From the NCBI GenBank assembly GCA_963755715.1, contig CAVWLW010000067.1:45421-109420 (forward strand): 64,000 nucleotides of DNA, written 5' to 3'. Both the position numbers and the translations under genes were made by a program. Positions 50,793 to 60,824 of the stretch are shown here, one piece after another (position 1 is the stretch's first letter; the number at the start of each line of letters is the position of its first letter). The stretch is from an uncultured delta proteobacterium (GTDB lineage: Bacteria; Desulfobacterota; Binatia; UBA9968). The notes under the pieces are model-generated. The model did not search any database. It worked only from the letters and a program-made list of their open reading frames with translations, and was not told the origin of the DNA.

Positions 50793-51300
50793 GCGTGCGC
50801 CGTGAAAGTTCGCCTGGGCAAAAATGGTCGATCATCCGTCTATGAGGAGGTTCGCGATGAAGTCATGGGAATTAATATTTCGTCAAAGTCGGGTCAATAA
50901 TGGTATCTACGACGGCGACCGGCTGCCCGGTCAGAATTGGCAATGGCCGCAGGGCACCTGGTTGCAAACGCGCCTGCGCTATCTGCGTCACGGCCGAAGC
51001 AGACAGTCCGGCGAATTGACCGGCACACGGGCGCAATAACTGTTTTGAAGAGCGAATGCCAATGAAAGTCGCGGCAATCGACTGGCAGCTTTTCTGGCAG
51101 GCCTGGCGCCAGCAGGATCCCTCCAGCGAGGGGGATTGGCTCGCGCGCTGGGTTTTTGCCGATGACGGCGTGTGGTTGTCGATGCGGCTGGATCAGCACC
51201 AGCTCTCGTCTTAAAAAGTTTCGACTGCAATCGAGGCTTCTTTTGGCATGATCGCGGAGCGGCCAGATTAGCCTGCGCGTCCAATCGTCGGAGTGAGCTC

Positions 51301-52095
51301 TCATGAGCGGTTGAATCGCGGTGGTCGTTTTTCCGTGAAGGCGGTGTAGCCCTCGTGGAAGTCGGGCATTTGCATGCATCGGGCCTGAGCTCTCGCTTCC
51401 ATCTCCAAAGCCGTTGCCAAATTCACGTTCGTTTCGTTTTCAAAAAGCTCCTTGGTTACACCCAGCGCGTACAGGGGGCCGTCCTTCAGACGGAGCGCCC
51501 AGTTGGTTGCTTCAGCCATTAGATTTTCCGCGGCCACGACGCGATTGGCCAAGCCGATGCGATGAGCTTCCTGAGCATCGATGGTATCGCCGAAATAAAT
51601 CAATTCCGTTGCTTTGCCCAAACCGACGATCCGCGGCAGCAAATAGAGCGTACCCATGTCTGCGCCTGACAAACCGACTTTAACGAAGAGAAACGCGGCG
51701 CGCGCCTGGTCGGAGAAGATGCGCAAATCGGCGGCGAGCATGAGGACCGCGCCGGCTCCGGCAGCGATGCCGTTGACTGCGGCGATGATCGGCTTTTTGA
51801 GCTTGCGCATGTTGCTGATGACATCGCAGGTCAAACGCGTGAATTTGTACAGCTCGTCGTTTTTCATCTCGAGTAGCGGGCCGATGATATCACTGACGCT
51901 ACCGCCCGAACAGAATCCCTTACCGGTGCCGGTCAGTAATACGACTTTGACTTCGTCATCATGCGCGAGGTCGGCCATGACTTTCGCCAAATCGGCATAC
52001 GTCTGGAACGTCAGCGCGTTGAGCTTCTCGGGATTGTTCAGACGAAGGGTGGCGACGCCGCTGCTTTTGTCAAAAACTAACCCATCATAATTCAT
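51301..52095 (-). CDS. Enoyl-CoA hydratase/isomerase family protein
   Basis: NNPEKLNAL, FCSGG, KPIIAAVNG.AAGAG, EG..AF.EKRPPRF. Confidence 0.93.
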   Translation of the reverse strand: MNYDGLVFDKSSGVATLRLNNPEKLNALTFQTYADLAKVMADLAHDDEVKVVLLTGTGKGFCSGGSVSDIIGPLLEMKNDELYKFTRLTCDVISNMRKLKKPIIAAVNGIAAGAGAVLMLAADLRIFSDQARAAFLFVKVGLSGADMGTLYLLPRIVGLGKATELIYFGDTIDAQEAHRIGLANRVVAAENLMAEATNWALRLKDGPLYALGVTKELFENETNVNLATALEMEARAQARCMQMPDFHEGYTAFTEKRPPRFNRS

Positions 52096-52557
52096 TGTTT
52101 TGATTACTCCCCGAGTTCAGGTTTCTCGCGCCGACGATACTCGCTCCCGAAAAGTAATCAATAGCCGGTGTAGTGTATCAACGGTGTCCGAAAAAGTGCT
52201 GCCTTCGCGATTGCGCAAGGCACCGAGAGCGATCCCCTAAGATCGTCGGTCGGTGTTTTTTCGTATCGCCAATTTAGTTCGACACCGTTGTTATCGTTTC
52301 TCGATTCAAGAAACTTTTGATGAGTCCAGGTAAAGCTCGCGTGTCGATGGGTTTGGGAACGTAACCGTCGCAGCCGGCGGAGCGGATCCGCTCCTAGCGT
52401 AAGTGATGAGTGCTAGTACGGTCAAGTGTTTTCAAGCCACGCGCGGAATCGAAGAAAAATAATGAGAGGACATGGCATTCGAAGTGGCAAGCAGCAGTGG
52501 ATTTGGATACACGCTTTTCGATAGCGGACGCAACGCTATTAAGCGACGCTGCGATTC

Positions 52558-53301
52558 TTATGCACCTCGATTCATGTGTTCAATAGGCACGATGGGCCAG
52601 GCGACTACCTCCTGGTGGCGCGCAAAATGGCAGATGGGTTTTGTATCGGGCAGCTCAATTCCTACGGCATGCGTCATCGTGTTCGTGCGCAGTTCCACAT
52701 CGGCGGATTGGAGCGGCCATTGCGGATGGTGGATTTCGCCGTAAACAATCTGATCAGGCTTTATCGCAGCATAGAGGCAATATCTTTCAGTGAGCCAGTG
52801 ATCCAGCGTACCCGACGCCGCGCGGTAGACCGGTCCAGTCGGATGATAGGATGCGCTGAATTCTGCGGGCGCGGCTCCCGTATGGACGCGGACGCTTTTG
52901 TAGTGGACGGTTTCGCCTGCCAACTCCATTGTCATTCGCGCATTGTAGTAGGGTAGCCCCAACCAGCGCGCGCTTCTAACCGCAAGCCAACTCGCTGCGT
53001 CCAGGCTGAAAAACCAAACACCGCTTCGTCCGGGCATCTTTACGTAAGTCCGTACGTTGAGCTCTGGAAAAGCCAGAGGTGTCGGCATATAGCGCGGCCG
53101 CACGCCGCTCATACGAAACGGCACAACGCCAATCCAGCACCAGCCATCGAAGACGTCCAGTTCAAGAACGCTCGGTATCAACGCTCGGATGACCTCCGGG
53201 TGAACGGGCCAATGGAGGAACAGCAGATCGTGCCAGCGCATGGATAAAACCCAGCGCGCCTGTGGGATCGGCCACGGACGGTGGGATGTTTCCTTGATCA
53301 T
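52558..53301 (-). CDS. YqjF/DUF2071 family protein
   Basis: HRPWP...W.DLLFLHWP...FPELNVRTYV...GVWFFSLDA...WLTERY. Confidence 0.92.
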   Translation of the reverse strand: MIKETSHRPWPIPQARWVLSMRWHDLLFLHWPVHPEVIRALIPSVLELDVFDGWCWIGVVPFRMSGVRPRYMPTPLAFPELNVRTYVKMPGRSGVWFFSLDAASWLAVRSARWLGLPYYNARMTMELAGETVHYKSVRVHTGAAPAEFSASYHPTGPVYRAASGTLDHWLTERYCLYAAIKPDQIVYGEIHHPQWPLQSADVELRTNTMTHAVGIELPDTKPICHFARHQEVVAWPIVPIEHMNRGA

Positions 53302-54197
53302 TCGGCGGGACGCTATTCCGCAGCCGTTGCTCTGCTGCGAGGGTGTTTGTGCTCAACTCCAGGAACTGCCTCAAGCATTACGATCTCCCGGTTTGCGTAC
53401 GCCGCGGGTTGCCATATTTAAAGACGGAGTACTCATCATGTCACGGATGCAAAGAGCAGCTTCCAACCCACACAAAAGAATTCTTGAGGGGTAGATTGAT
53501 CCATTTTTGCGTTAGAGTTTATCTATACCGGTTTTTGATAGATCCTCCACTGAAGGGCACATCATGGTAAACGCAGACATGACTTCAGCGCCGGCACGAT
53601 CACGCTAAGATGCCCACGATGCAGGCGAAAACACGTGAAGCCCGTAGAGGAAACCAAATCCCCGCTAAGTATCAAGTGTAACTGCGATCGCGTGATTTCA
53701 TGGGAAAGCGATTTAACATGGGTTCGATGTTATGCCTTCCCATGCGACGCCACGACCGCGCCGCCGAATGGATCGACACAGCATTCGGTTGTTTGCGGTA
53801 AATAAATCGCGTGAGCACACGAGCGTTTCACGTCCTAGCACTCGAGCATTTAAGAGCGCTGCAAGCTCAAGTTCCAGACGGTTTAACCAACCATTCAATT
53901 CGCTTTGCACCGAATGAAAGAAAAGAACCGCCGACTCCAAGAAACTTCGAAGAGTGCGCCAAAACGCGTTGCGCTTGAGGCAACGCAGGATTGGTAGGAC
54001 AAATATCTAGTCCGGAGCTCTGTCCTCGATGCTACGCGAGCCCGGCCGTAATGTACCGCTGTAAGCTTCGAACGGTCGCTTGGCGTGGATCATGTTTCAA
54101 GTAAGCGCACGTCGGCGCGGAGCGGTTCGGACAACTTTACACTCTCGCTAGATCCGTGATCATCCCGAGGGTTAAAATTCGCGGGACAACGCGCAAG

Positions 54198-54235
54198 AGC
54201 CGGTCCGAAGAACCAAACTGGCCTTCGGACCGGCT
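54198..54235 (-). terminator. Inverted repeat downstream of peptidoglycan-binding gene
   Basis: AGCCGGTCCGAAG-12 nt-CTTCGGACCGGCT. Confidence 0.6.
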
Positions 54236-54293
54236 TCATCAACAATTTGCTAGTTTCGTGACAGGAATTCCGATGTAGACTTATTTGGCATTT

Positions 54294-54749
54294 TTATTTT
54301 TGCGGCACAGTGTCGTCTGTATCTCGCCCTTGGCTATGCCCCTCGCTTTTTGGAGTTCCCTTGGTACCTGCACGATCTGACGCTTTTGCTATGCTCACGC
54401 CAAGCTCTTGGGCAGTCCGGCTATCGACAGTTCCCGTGATCGGAAGAGTTTTGTCCTTTTGGAAGGAGCGGATAGCGGCTCGGTTCGCGTCATCAACGAC
54501 ACCGTCAATCTTTCCCGGGTCGTATCCCTTGGCTTTTAAAGCCTCTTCAACCTTTCTCATATCGTCCTTCGACAATTCGACGGTGCCCTGTTGCATTCCC
54601 GGAATATTCTTGCTTCCACCGGGCCTCGTTAAAGTCTTATCCGGCTGATGACGTTCGCCCACAGCTTCCTGCGACCATGCCGGACCCGCCAACAACGCTA
54701 CCGTACCTCCAATGAACATCGCTCTCGAAATCAGTTTACTCTTTCTCAT
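54294..54749 (-). CDS. Secreted peptidoglycan-binding domain protein
   Basis: Signal peptide; VEEALKAKGYDPGKIDGV...AIRSFQKDK.L.ITG.VD. Confidence 0.88.
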   Translation of the reverse strand: MRKSKLISRAMFIGGTVALLAGPAWSQEAVGERHQPDKTLTRPGGSKNIPGMQQGTVELSKDDMRKVEEALKAKGYDPGKIDGVVDDANRAAIRSFQKDKTLPITGTVDSRTAQELGVSIAKASDRAGTKGTPKSEGHSQGRDTDDTVPQK

Positions 54750-54795
54750 TCTGAGCCTCCTTCTCTAAAATTTTTACTACCCGTTCTGGAAAAGG

Positions 54796-54811
54796 AGCAA
54801 GGCTTATGCCA
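54796..54811 (-). promoter_or_regulatory. Sigma-54 -24/-12 promoter
   Basis: TGGCAT-AAGCC-TTGCT on minus strand about 47 bp upstream of ATG 54749. Confidence 0.75.
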
Positions 54812-55166
54812 CGGCTGAATATCACTCCGATGCATAAATTTGGTTGTTCACGGTATTCGATTGTCAGCCAAATACCTGACGGTGTCAGAAAAATCCCTCA
54901 CGAAATATCCACACTGAACGTTTGGGATTTTTTCGCTTTGTGTCCCAATTTTCGGATGAGATCCTAAGAACGATCCGTTAGTTTCTGCGTGGGCGTTTGC
55001 GCGGATTTTGGTTTTGTCTGCTCATCAGCTTGATCGCTGCTTGCGGTGCCTGCGCCACGTAGAGTGCGCCAAACTGCTGCGCCGTCTCTTCAAAGATCGA
55101 GCCGTACTCGTCGGTGAACAAGCCGAGCTTCACTCCTGAGATCGCCACCATCGCGTGCCGCAAAGA

Positions 55167-56108
55167 TCAAACCGCTGTTACGGGAGGCCGATCGGTTGCG
55201 AGGCCCGAGCGGTCCCGGGTGAGATGGTAAACCGCGAGTCCCACCAGTGCGATGCCGATCCAAGTGACAACGCCGCTAACGATCTTGGGATCGGTGGAAC
55301 CGAAGAGCCAACCCAGATCTTGGCGCGTGAAATCACCGAAGACGCGCATCACCTTCAGACCGAAGATCCAGCCGGCGTGCAGGCCGATGGAGAGGTACAA
55401 GTTGCCGGTGCGCACGAGCGCGTAACTCAATACCACGCCAATCAAAAAGAGACCGAAAATGCCGGCCAAAATAGGCAGAGGATCGAGGAAAGGCTCGAAG
55501 GTGGCGGCCAGATGGCGAAACCCGGCGAGCGGATCGACGCCGTTGAGGAAATAGCTTTCACCCGGTTTTACGAAGTGCAGTACGGAATAAAAAAGATTGG
55601 CCAAGACGTAGGCGCGGAGCGGATGTCCTTGCTCGCGCAGGCCGAGAAAGAGAATGCCGCGAAAAAAAACTTCTTCGAGAAAGGCGGTGAATACTCCCGC
55701 CAATAGGGCGCTCGCGCAACGCGACAACGACTCTTCCAGGGTCAAACGAAAAAACGGCGTGAAGATATCACCCGCGGTCATCAGCGCGACCAGGAGCGCC
55801 GTCGAACCGATAGCCAGAAGCCAGCCGGTTAGCAAGTTTCGCCAACCCCGCGCCAGGCCGACTGTCAGCAGCGCTTTTACGTGCGCCGGGAAGATGTAAC
55901 GGCGCGCGCAAAGACCCACGATGATTCCCGCGATCATGAAGGCGCGATTAAAAACACGCGAGAACGGAACGCGCTCGGATATCAGCGACGGCCAACGCGC
56001 GGCCACCCAATCCGCGCCCAGCGCCATCCAGGGACTGATCACGCAGGTGAGCGCCAGGACCGACAATAGGAAAATCAGCAATCGTTGGTGACTCTTCAGT
56101 GATTTCAT
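55167..56108 (-). CDS. CPBP (CAAX/Abi) intramembrane metalloprotease
   Basis: EEVFFRG, YSVLHF, SIGLHAGW. Confidence 0.9.
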   Translation of the reverse strand: MKSLKSHQRLLIFLLSVLALTCVISPWMALGADWVAARWPSLISERVPFSRVFNRAFMIAGIIVGLCARRYIFPAHVKALLTVGLARGWRNLLTGWLLAIGSTALLVALMTAGDIFTPFFRLTLEESLSRCASALLAGVFTAFLEEVFFRGILFLGLREQGHPLRAYVLANLFYSVLHFVKPGESYFLNGVDPLAGFRHLAATFEPFLDPLPILAGIFGLFLIGVVLSYALVRTGNLYLSIGLHAGWIFGLKVMRVFGDFTRQDLGWLFGSTDPKIVSGVVTWIGIALVGLAVYHLTRDRSGLATDRPPVTAV

Positions 56109-56140
56109 GACTGTTTTGACTATGGTATAGCGTTGCATCG

Positions 56141-56884
56141 ATGGCAAGCAGCGGCGCCAATAGATTGGACGGAAAAGTCGCGTTGGTGACCGGCGGCAGC
56201 CGCGGCATCGGCCGAGCGATTGCAGCGGCTTACGCTCGAGCGGGGGCTCGCGTGTATATCTGCGGGCGCAATCAGGATGATGTCGGTACCGCCGTGCGCG
56301 AGCTGCAAGCGAGCGGAGGAGCAGTCGACGGCGAGACGGCCGACGTCGGTTCCGTCGAGGACGTGAAGCGCGTGGTGCGCAGCGCGACTCGCCGTTTCGG
56401 CACCATCGACGTGCTCGTGAACAACGCGAGCATCGTAGGACCGCGGGTGACGATTGCCGAGTATCCGGACCCGGCGTGGCAAGAAGTGCTGAGGATAAAT
56501 CTCTCCGGAGTTTTCTTTTTATGCCGGGAGGTTTTGCCGCTCATGTTGGCAAAGCGGTCCGGCTCGATTATCAACGTAACTTCCGGCGTCGGTCGTAAAG
56601 GCAAGGCGCGCTGGGGCGCCTACGCGGTGTCAAAAGCCGGGCTGGAATGTCTCACGCAAGTGCTTGCGGACGAAGTCAAAGACTCGGGGATAAGGGTCAA
56701 TGCCGTCAATCCGGCGGCGACTCGAACTGCGATGCGGGCTCACGCGTATCCGCAAGAAGACCCGCTAACACTGCCAAAGCCGGAGGAGATTATCGGAATA
56801 TTTTTATACCTGGCGTCGGAGGCCTCGGCAGCGGTGTCGGGCCAGTCATTGGATGCCCGGGACTGGGTCGGGCGTGACATTTGA
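56141..56884 (+). CDS. SDR family oxidoreductase (YciK-like)
   Basis: TGGSRGIG, WGAYAVSK, NPAATRTAMRAHAYP.EDP. Confidence 0.92.
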   Translation: MASSGANRLDGKVALVTGGSRGIGRAIAAAYARAGARVYICGRNQDDVGTAVRELQASGGAVDGETADVGSVEDVKRVVRSATRRFGTIDVLVNNASIVGPRVTIAEYPDPAWQEVLRINLSGVFFLCREVLPLMLAKRSGSIINVTSGVGRKGKARWGAYAVSKAGLECLTQVLADEVKDSGIRVNAVNPAATRTAMRAHAYPQEDPLTLPKPEEIIGIFLYLASEASAAVSGQSLDARDWVGRDI

Positions 56885-56919
56885 CGAGGGCTTGCAGGTA
56901 ATATAGAAGGTCTATCGAT

Positions 56920-57177
56920 ATGCCTTGGGTCAAACGATCGCATCGCAACAGCCGATTCTACTGGCTCATCGCGGGTGTCGGATCGGTAGTGGTGGGGGTT
57001 CTCGCTGGTTACTCATGGTGGGGGGACACCGCCTCGGTAGTCACCATCGTCGAACGGCAACTTGGACAATCTCAAGCGCAGGTCAGACGGCTCGAAAAAC
57101 GTGTCCAAGCGCTGGAGTTAAAGATCGGTATCGAGGATAGTAGCGACCTATCCGAGCCGTCAGCCAAGGCCTATTGA
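56920..57177 (+). CDS. Hypothetical single-TM coiled-coil protein
   Basis: TM segment followed by heptad stretch. Confidence 0.6.
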   Translation: MPWVKRSHRNSRFYWLIAGVGSVVVGVLAGYSWWGDTASVVTIVERQLGQSQAQVRRLEKRVQALELKIGIEDSSDLSEPSAKAY

Positions 57178-57236
57178 CCGCGGTTTTCTCACCCCGAAGA
57201 AACCCCGATGTGAAGAGAGCCGTTCTCGTTTCGCCC

Positions 57237-58220
57237 ATGATCAAGATTGCCGCGCTTTTTCTTTCCGCGTTTTTCTGTTTCTCATCCGCCGGCGCCCAAG
57301 AAGCTAAAAAGATCAAAATTGGTTACCCGGCGATCTCTTACAATCAGATTCACATCTGGGTGGCCAAGGACGCCGGTTTATTTCGCAAGTACGGCCTTGA
57401 CGCTGAGATTGTGTTCTTTCGCGGCGGGCAGATGGCGACCCAAGCGCTGGTCGCCGGTGATCCGCCGATCGTCAATATCGGCACGGTCGTGCAGGCGGGG
57501 TTGCAAGGGCACGACATCGTCTTGATCGCCTCGTCCGAAAACGCTTACAACTATTCCGTGGTGGCTCGGGCCGGCATCAATAAGATCGAGGAACTGAAGG
57601 GCAAACGGCTCGGTGTGAGCGGCTTTGGTTCGGCGTCGCACAACGCGGCGCTGATCCTGTTTAAGAAATTCAACCTGGAGCCCAATAAGGACGTGTCACT
57701 GGTAGTGGCCGGCCCGACGAGTGACCGGTTGAGCGCGGTCGAAGGCGGTCGAATCGATGCCACCCTGCTCACACCATCCGAGCTGCCGCGCGCACGTAAG
57801 CAGGGTTTGGTCGAAGTTTATGATATGCTTGATCTTGGCATCGAAGTTCAAGGCAACGGATTGGCGACTGCGCGGTCGTTTATCAAAAGCCAGCGGGAAA
57901 CCGTTTTGAGCGCGCTAAAGAGTTACGTCGAGGCCATTTATTACATTCACCGCAATCGCGACGAGACGCGCAAAATCGTCGCCAAATATTTGCGCTTGTC
58001 AGATCCGGAAGTGCTCGACGCGACCTATACCGCTTTTGTCAAAAGCGTGGCCAAAAAGCCCTATCCGACGCTCAAAGGCATTCAATTCTTGCTCGACGAG
58101 GTCGCGGCCAAAATGCCCAACGCCAAGAGCGCCAAGCCGGAGCAGTTCGTCGATCTTTCTTTGCTGCAGCAGTTGGAAAAGGAAGGCTTCTTTACCGAGA
58201 TGGCGAAGCGCTACCCGTGA
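57237..58220 (+). CDS. ABC transporter substrate-binding protein (NMT1/THI5/SsuA-like)
   Basis: Signal peptide; WVAKDAGLFRKYGLD; LKGKRLGVSGFGS. Confidence 0.88.
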   Translation: MIKIAALFLSAFFCFSSAGAQEAKKIKIGYPAISYNQIHIWVAKDAGLFRKYGLDAEIVFFRGGQMATQALVAGDPPIVNIGTVVQAGLQGHDIVLIASSENAYNYSVVARAGINKIEELKGKRLGVSGFGSASHNAALILFKKFNLEPNKDVSLVVAGPTSDRLSAVEGGRIDATLLTPSELPRARKQGLVEVYDMLDLGIEVQGNGLATARSFIKSQRETVLSALKSYVEAIYYIHRNRDETRKIVAKYLRLSDPEVLDATYTAFVKSVAKKPYPTLKGIQFLLDEVAAKMPNAKSAKPEQFVDLSLLQQLEKEGFFTEMAKRYP

Positions 58221-58258
58221 CTTTCGCGCGTTGATAAATCCAGAGGAGACGAACGGCT

Positions 58259-58762
58259 ATGAATCTAAAAATCGGCCAGCATTTTCCCGATATCGAATTG
58301 CCAGACCAAGACGGTCAACAAGTCAAGCTTTCCGAGCTGGTGGGCAAGTTTCCATTTATTCTTTCTTTCTATCGTGGCTACTGGTGAGGCAAATGCCAGG
58401 TGCAGTTGCACCACTATGTCGAACTTCAAGAGGAGCTAGCGATCAACTACTGCAAGCTCGCGGTCGTGAGCGTGGATTCGCCGGTGGTGAACGACGCGTT
58501 TCGCACCGGGCTCCGGGCCAGTTTTCCATTTTTGAGCGATCATGAGCGCACAGTCGTCAAAATGCTCGACATGACTGAAACCTCCAAGAGCCGGGGCGTC
58601 ACGGCCATGCCTTATACTTTTTCCCTGTTGCCGGACCTCAAAATCCACAATCTTTATTGCGGCTATTGGTATTTGGGCCGTCCGACGCTCGATGAGCTGA
58701 GAATGGACTTGCGCGCCATGCTGCGCACTGTCCGGCCCGACTTCGAAGGACCGGTCGGTTGA
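58259..58762 (+). CDS. Peroxiredoxin-like (AhpC/TSA) selenoprotein, UxxC with in-frame TGA at 58385-58387
   Basis: GAGGAG RBS; MNLKIGQHFPDIELPDQDGQQVKLSELVGKFPFILSFYRGYW-TGA-GKCQ continues in frame into ORF 58400-58762 (VVSVDS, FPFLSD). Confidence 0.85.
58399..58412 (+). promoter_or_regulatory. Putative bacterial SECIS hairpin
   Basis: GGTGC-AGTT-GCACC starting 11 nt after the UGA. Confidence 0.65.
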
Positions 58763-58825
58763 TCGGCCGGTGCGGCCTGGGCCGCGAGTTGCAAGCGCGA
58801 CTCTGAACCGGTAACATTTTTCAGC

Positions 58826-59080
58826 ATGATTACTTCAGAAGAAATAAAGGAAACCCTTGGGGCCGCGCTGCCGGTCTCGTTAGTCGAAACCCAGGACCTC
58901 ACGGGCGGCGGCGATCATTGGCAACTGATCATCGTGTCGCCGGCATTCGAAGGCAAGGGCCTCATCGAGCAGCATCGCCTGGTGAACGAAGCGCTGAAAC
59001 AACCTTTGAGCGACCAGAGGATCCATGCCTTGTCGTTAAAAACCTATAGCCCGGCCCAGTGGGAAAAACTCGGCTCGTGA
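58826..59080 (+). CDS. bolA: BolA family protein
   Basis: GGGDHW..IVSPAFEGK.LIEQHRLV...IHALSLKT. Confidence 0.92.
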   Translation: MITSEEIKETLGAALPVSLVETQDLTGGGDHWQLIIVSPAFEGKGLIEQHRLVNEALKQPLSDQRIHALSLKTYSPAQWEKLGS

Positions 59081-59106
59081 CGTGCGCACAAAAAGGAGAA
59101 CATTTT

Positions 59107-59430
59107 ATGGCGGATGAAGTCCTTAGCAAAATCGAAGAGAAAGTAAAAAACAATAAAGTCATGTTGTACATGAAGGGGACGCCGGATTTTCCGCAATGCG
59201 GCTTTTCGGCGCACACGGTCGAGATACTCCGATCCTACGGCGTGCCGTTTGCCACCGAAGATGTGCTCGCCGATCCCTTGGTGCGAGACGGCATCAAGCG
59301 CTACTCCAACTGGCCGACCATTCCGCAGATCTATATCGACGGCAAGTTCGTCGGTGGCTGCGATATCGTGCATGAGCTGCACGAGCGCGGCGAGCTCGAG
59401 CCGATGCTAAAATCGGCGTTCGACAAATAG
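59107..59430 (+). CDS. grxD: Monothiol glutaredoxin (Grx4 family)
   Basis: MKGTP.FPQCGFS...WPTIPQ...GGCDI. Confidence 0.95.
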   Translation: MADEVLSKIEEKVKNNKVMLYMKGTPDFPQCGFSAHTVEILRSYGVPFATEDVLADPLVRDGIKRYSNWPTIPQIYIDGKFVGGCDIVHELHERGELEPMLKSAFDK

Positions 59431-59497
59431 TTGCCGGCGGCGATTCACATTCGGCGTTTGCGCCCGTCTAATCGACGATGAGGGAGGGCGTCATATC

Positions 59498-59899
59498 ATG
59501 AAAAATAGATGCGCCATGATCTTTTTAGCCCTCGTCGTGACGTTGACGAGCGCGTGCGCCACGCTTGGCCGTTTCGGTCCGGGTTACGACAGCTTCAATC
59601 GCGGCTTGTCGCTTTTCAATCAAGGAAGGTTTGCCGAATCGGTCGAACATTTTGAGGACGCTACTCGGAGGGATCCGGAGTTCGCCGAAGCTTACTTATA
59701 TCTCGGTCGCGCTTACATCAGCCAAAGCCGCTGGCGCGATGCGATCCAACCGCTGCGGACCGCTTTCCGACTCTCGCCCCGACAGTCGCAGCAGGAGATC
59801 ATGAATCTTTTAGTCGACGCCATGTTCGCCGCAGCGCTCAATGATTTTCACCTGGGCGGAGGACCGACTCCACCGACGCGAGCCAAAGAAATTCTTTGA
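59498..59899 (+). CDS. TPR-containing lipoprotein
   Basis: Lipobox TSAC; AEAYLYLGRAY TPR. Confidence 0.8.
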   Translation: MKNRCAMIFLALVVTLTSACATLGRFGPGYDSFNRGLSLFNQGRFAESVEHFEDATRRDPEFAEAYLYLGRAYISQSRWRDAIQPLRTAFRLSPRQSQQEIMNLLVDAMFAAALNDFHLGGGPTPPTRAKEIL

Positions 59900-60007
59900 T
59901 GCGGAAGTCATCCGCGCACTTTCTGCAGCTTCACACCATGCTACCCGCCGCCAAGCGCCTCGATAGCTAGGCTTTCGATTCTTGGAGACTTAACTCGGGA
60001 GGAGATC

Positions 60008-60730
60008 ATGATTAGAGCCTCGGCCACCCTATTGTTTTTTTTCTTGGCGAGCGCGCCAGCATGGGCGCAGTTCGATAAAATGTTAAAGGGGTTGGGTAAT
60101 CTCGCCAATTCGGGCAGCGGTTTGAGCGACGCGAAAATCGGCTCCGGTTTGCAAGAGGCGTTGAAGGTCGGCACCGAAAACGCCGTGGTCCAAACCGGGA
60201 CGACGGACGGTTTTCTGATGAACCAGGCAATCAAAATCTTGATGCCGAAATCGCTGCAAACCATCGAGAAGCCGCTCCGGATGGTCGGCTACGGTCCGCA
60301 GATCGATGAGTTCATCGTCGGCATGAATCGCGCCGCAGAAAAGGCGGTGCCTTTTGCCAAAGATATTTTCTGTGCCGCCATCGGCGAGATGAGCTTCGAC
60401 GACGCGCGCAAAATACTCAACGGCAACGACACGGCGGCCACCGATTATTTCAAATCAAAGACTTCCAAGAAACTTCAAACGGCCTTCCTGCCGTCCGTGA
60501 AAGAAGTCATGGATCAGGTCGGGGTCAATCGGCAGTACAACGACCTGATCGGCAAGTATAAGGACGTGCCGTTTTCGAAAAATATCGCTTTCGATACCAA
60601 CCAGTATGTAACTGAAAAAGCCACCGACGGAATCTTTTTTGTCGTCGGCCAAGAGGAGAAAAAGATCAGAACGAATCCCGCGGCGCGCGCCACTGATCTT
60701 TTGAAGGAAGTCTTCGGCAGCAAAAAATAG
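60008..60730 (+). CDS. DUF4197 family protein
   Basis: GLQEALKVG...MNRAAEKA...[16 protein letters not shown]...EEKKIRTNP. Confidence 0.92.
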   Translation: MIRASATLLFFFLASAPAWAQFDKMLKGLGNLANSGSGLSDAKIGSGLQEALKVGTENAVVQTGTTDGFLMNQAIKILMPKSLQTIEKPLRMVGYGPQIDEFIVGMNRAAEKAVPFAKDIFCAAIGEMSFDDARKILNGNDTAATDYFKSKTSKKLQTAFLPSVKEVMDQVGVNRQYNDLIGKYKDVPFSKNIAFDTNQYVTEKATDGIFFVVGQEEKKIRTNPAARATDLLKEVFGSKK

Positions 60731-60798
60731 CTGTCAGCGATTCACTGCGCGAATATCGCGGCGTGTTTCGTAGATTCCGTTCGCTGGCGCTCAGGATG

Positions 60799-60824
60799 GA
60801 CTCAGTCGCTTGAGCGACTGAGTC
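60799..60824. terminator. Palindrome between convergent genes
   Basis: GACTCAGTCGCT-TG-AGCGACTGAGTC. Confidence 0.6.

Noticed and set aside
50824-51300. Two short Trp-rich ORFs after the thioredoxin operon
   Set aside because: No recognisable family or mutual similarity; coding status unsupported
53300-54200. ~900-bp gap examined for tRNA, CRISPR or riboswitch
   Set aside because: No repeat-spacer periodicity, cloverleaf or known aptamer visible
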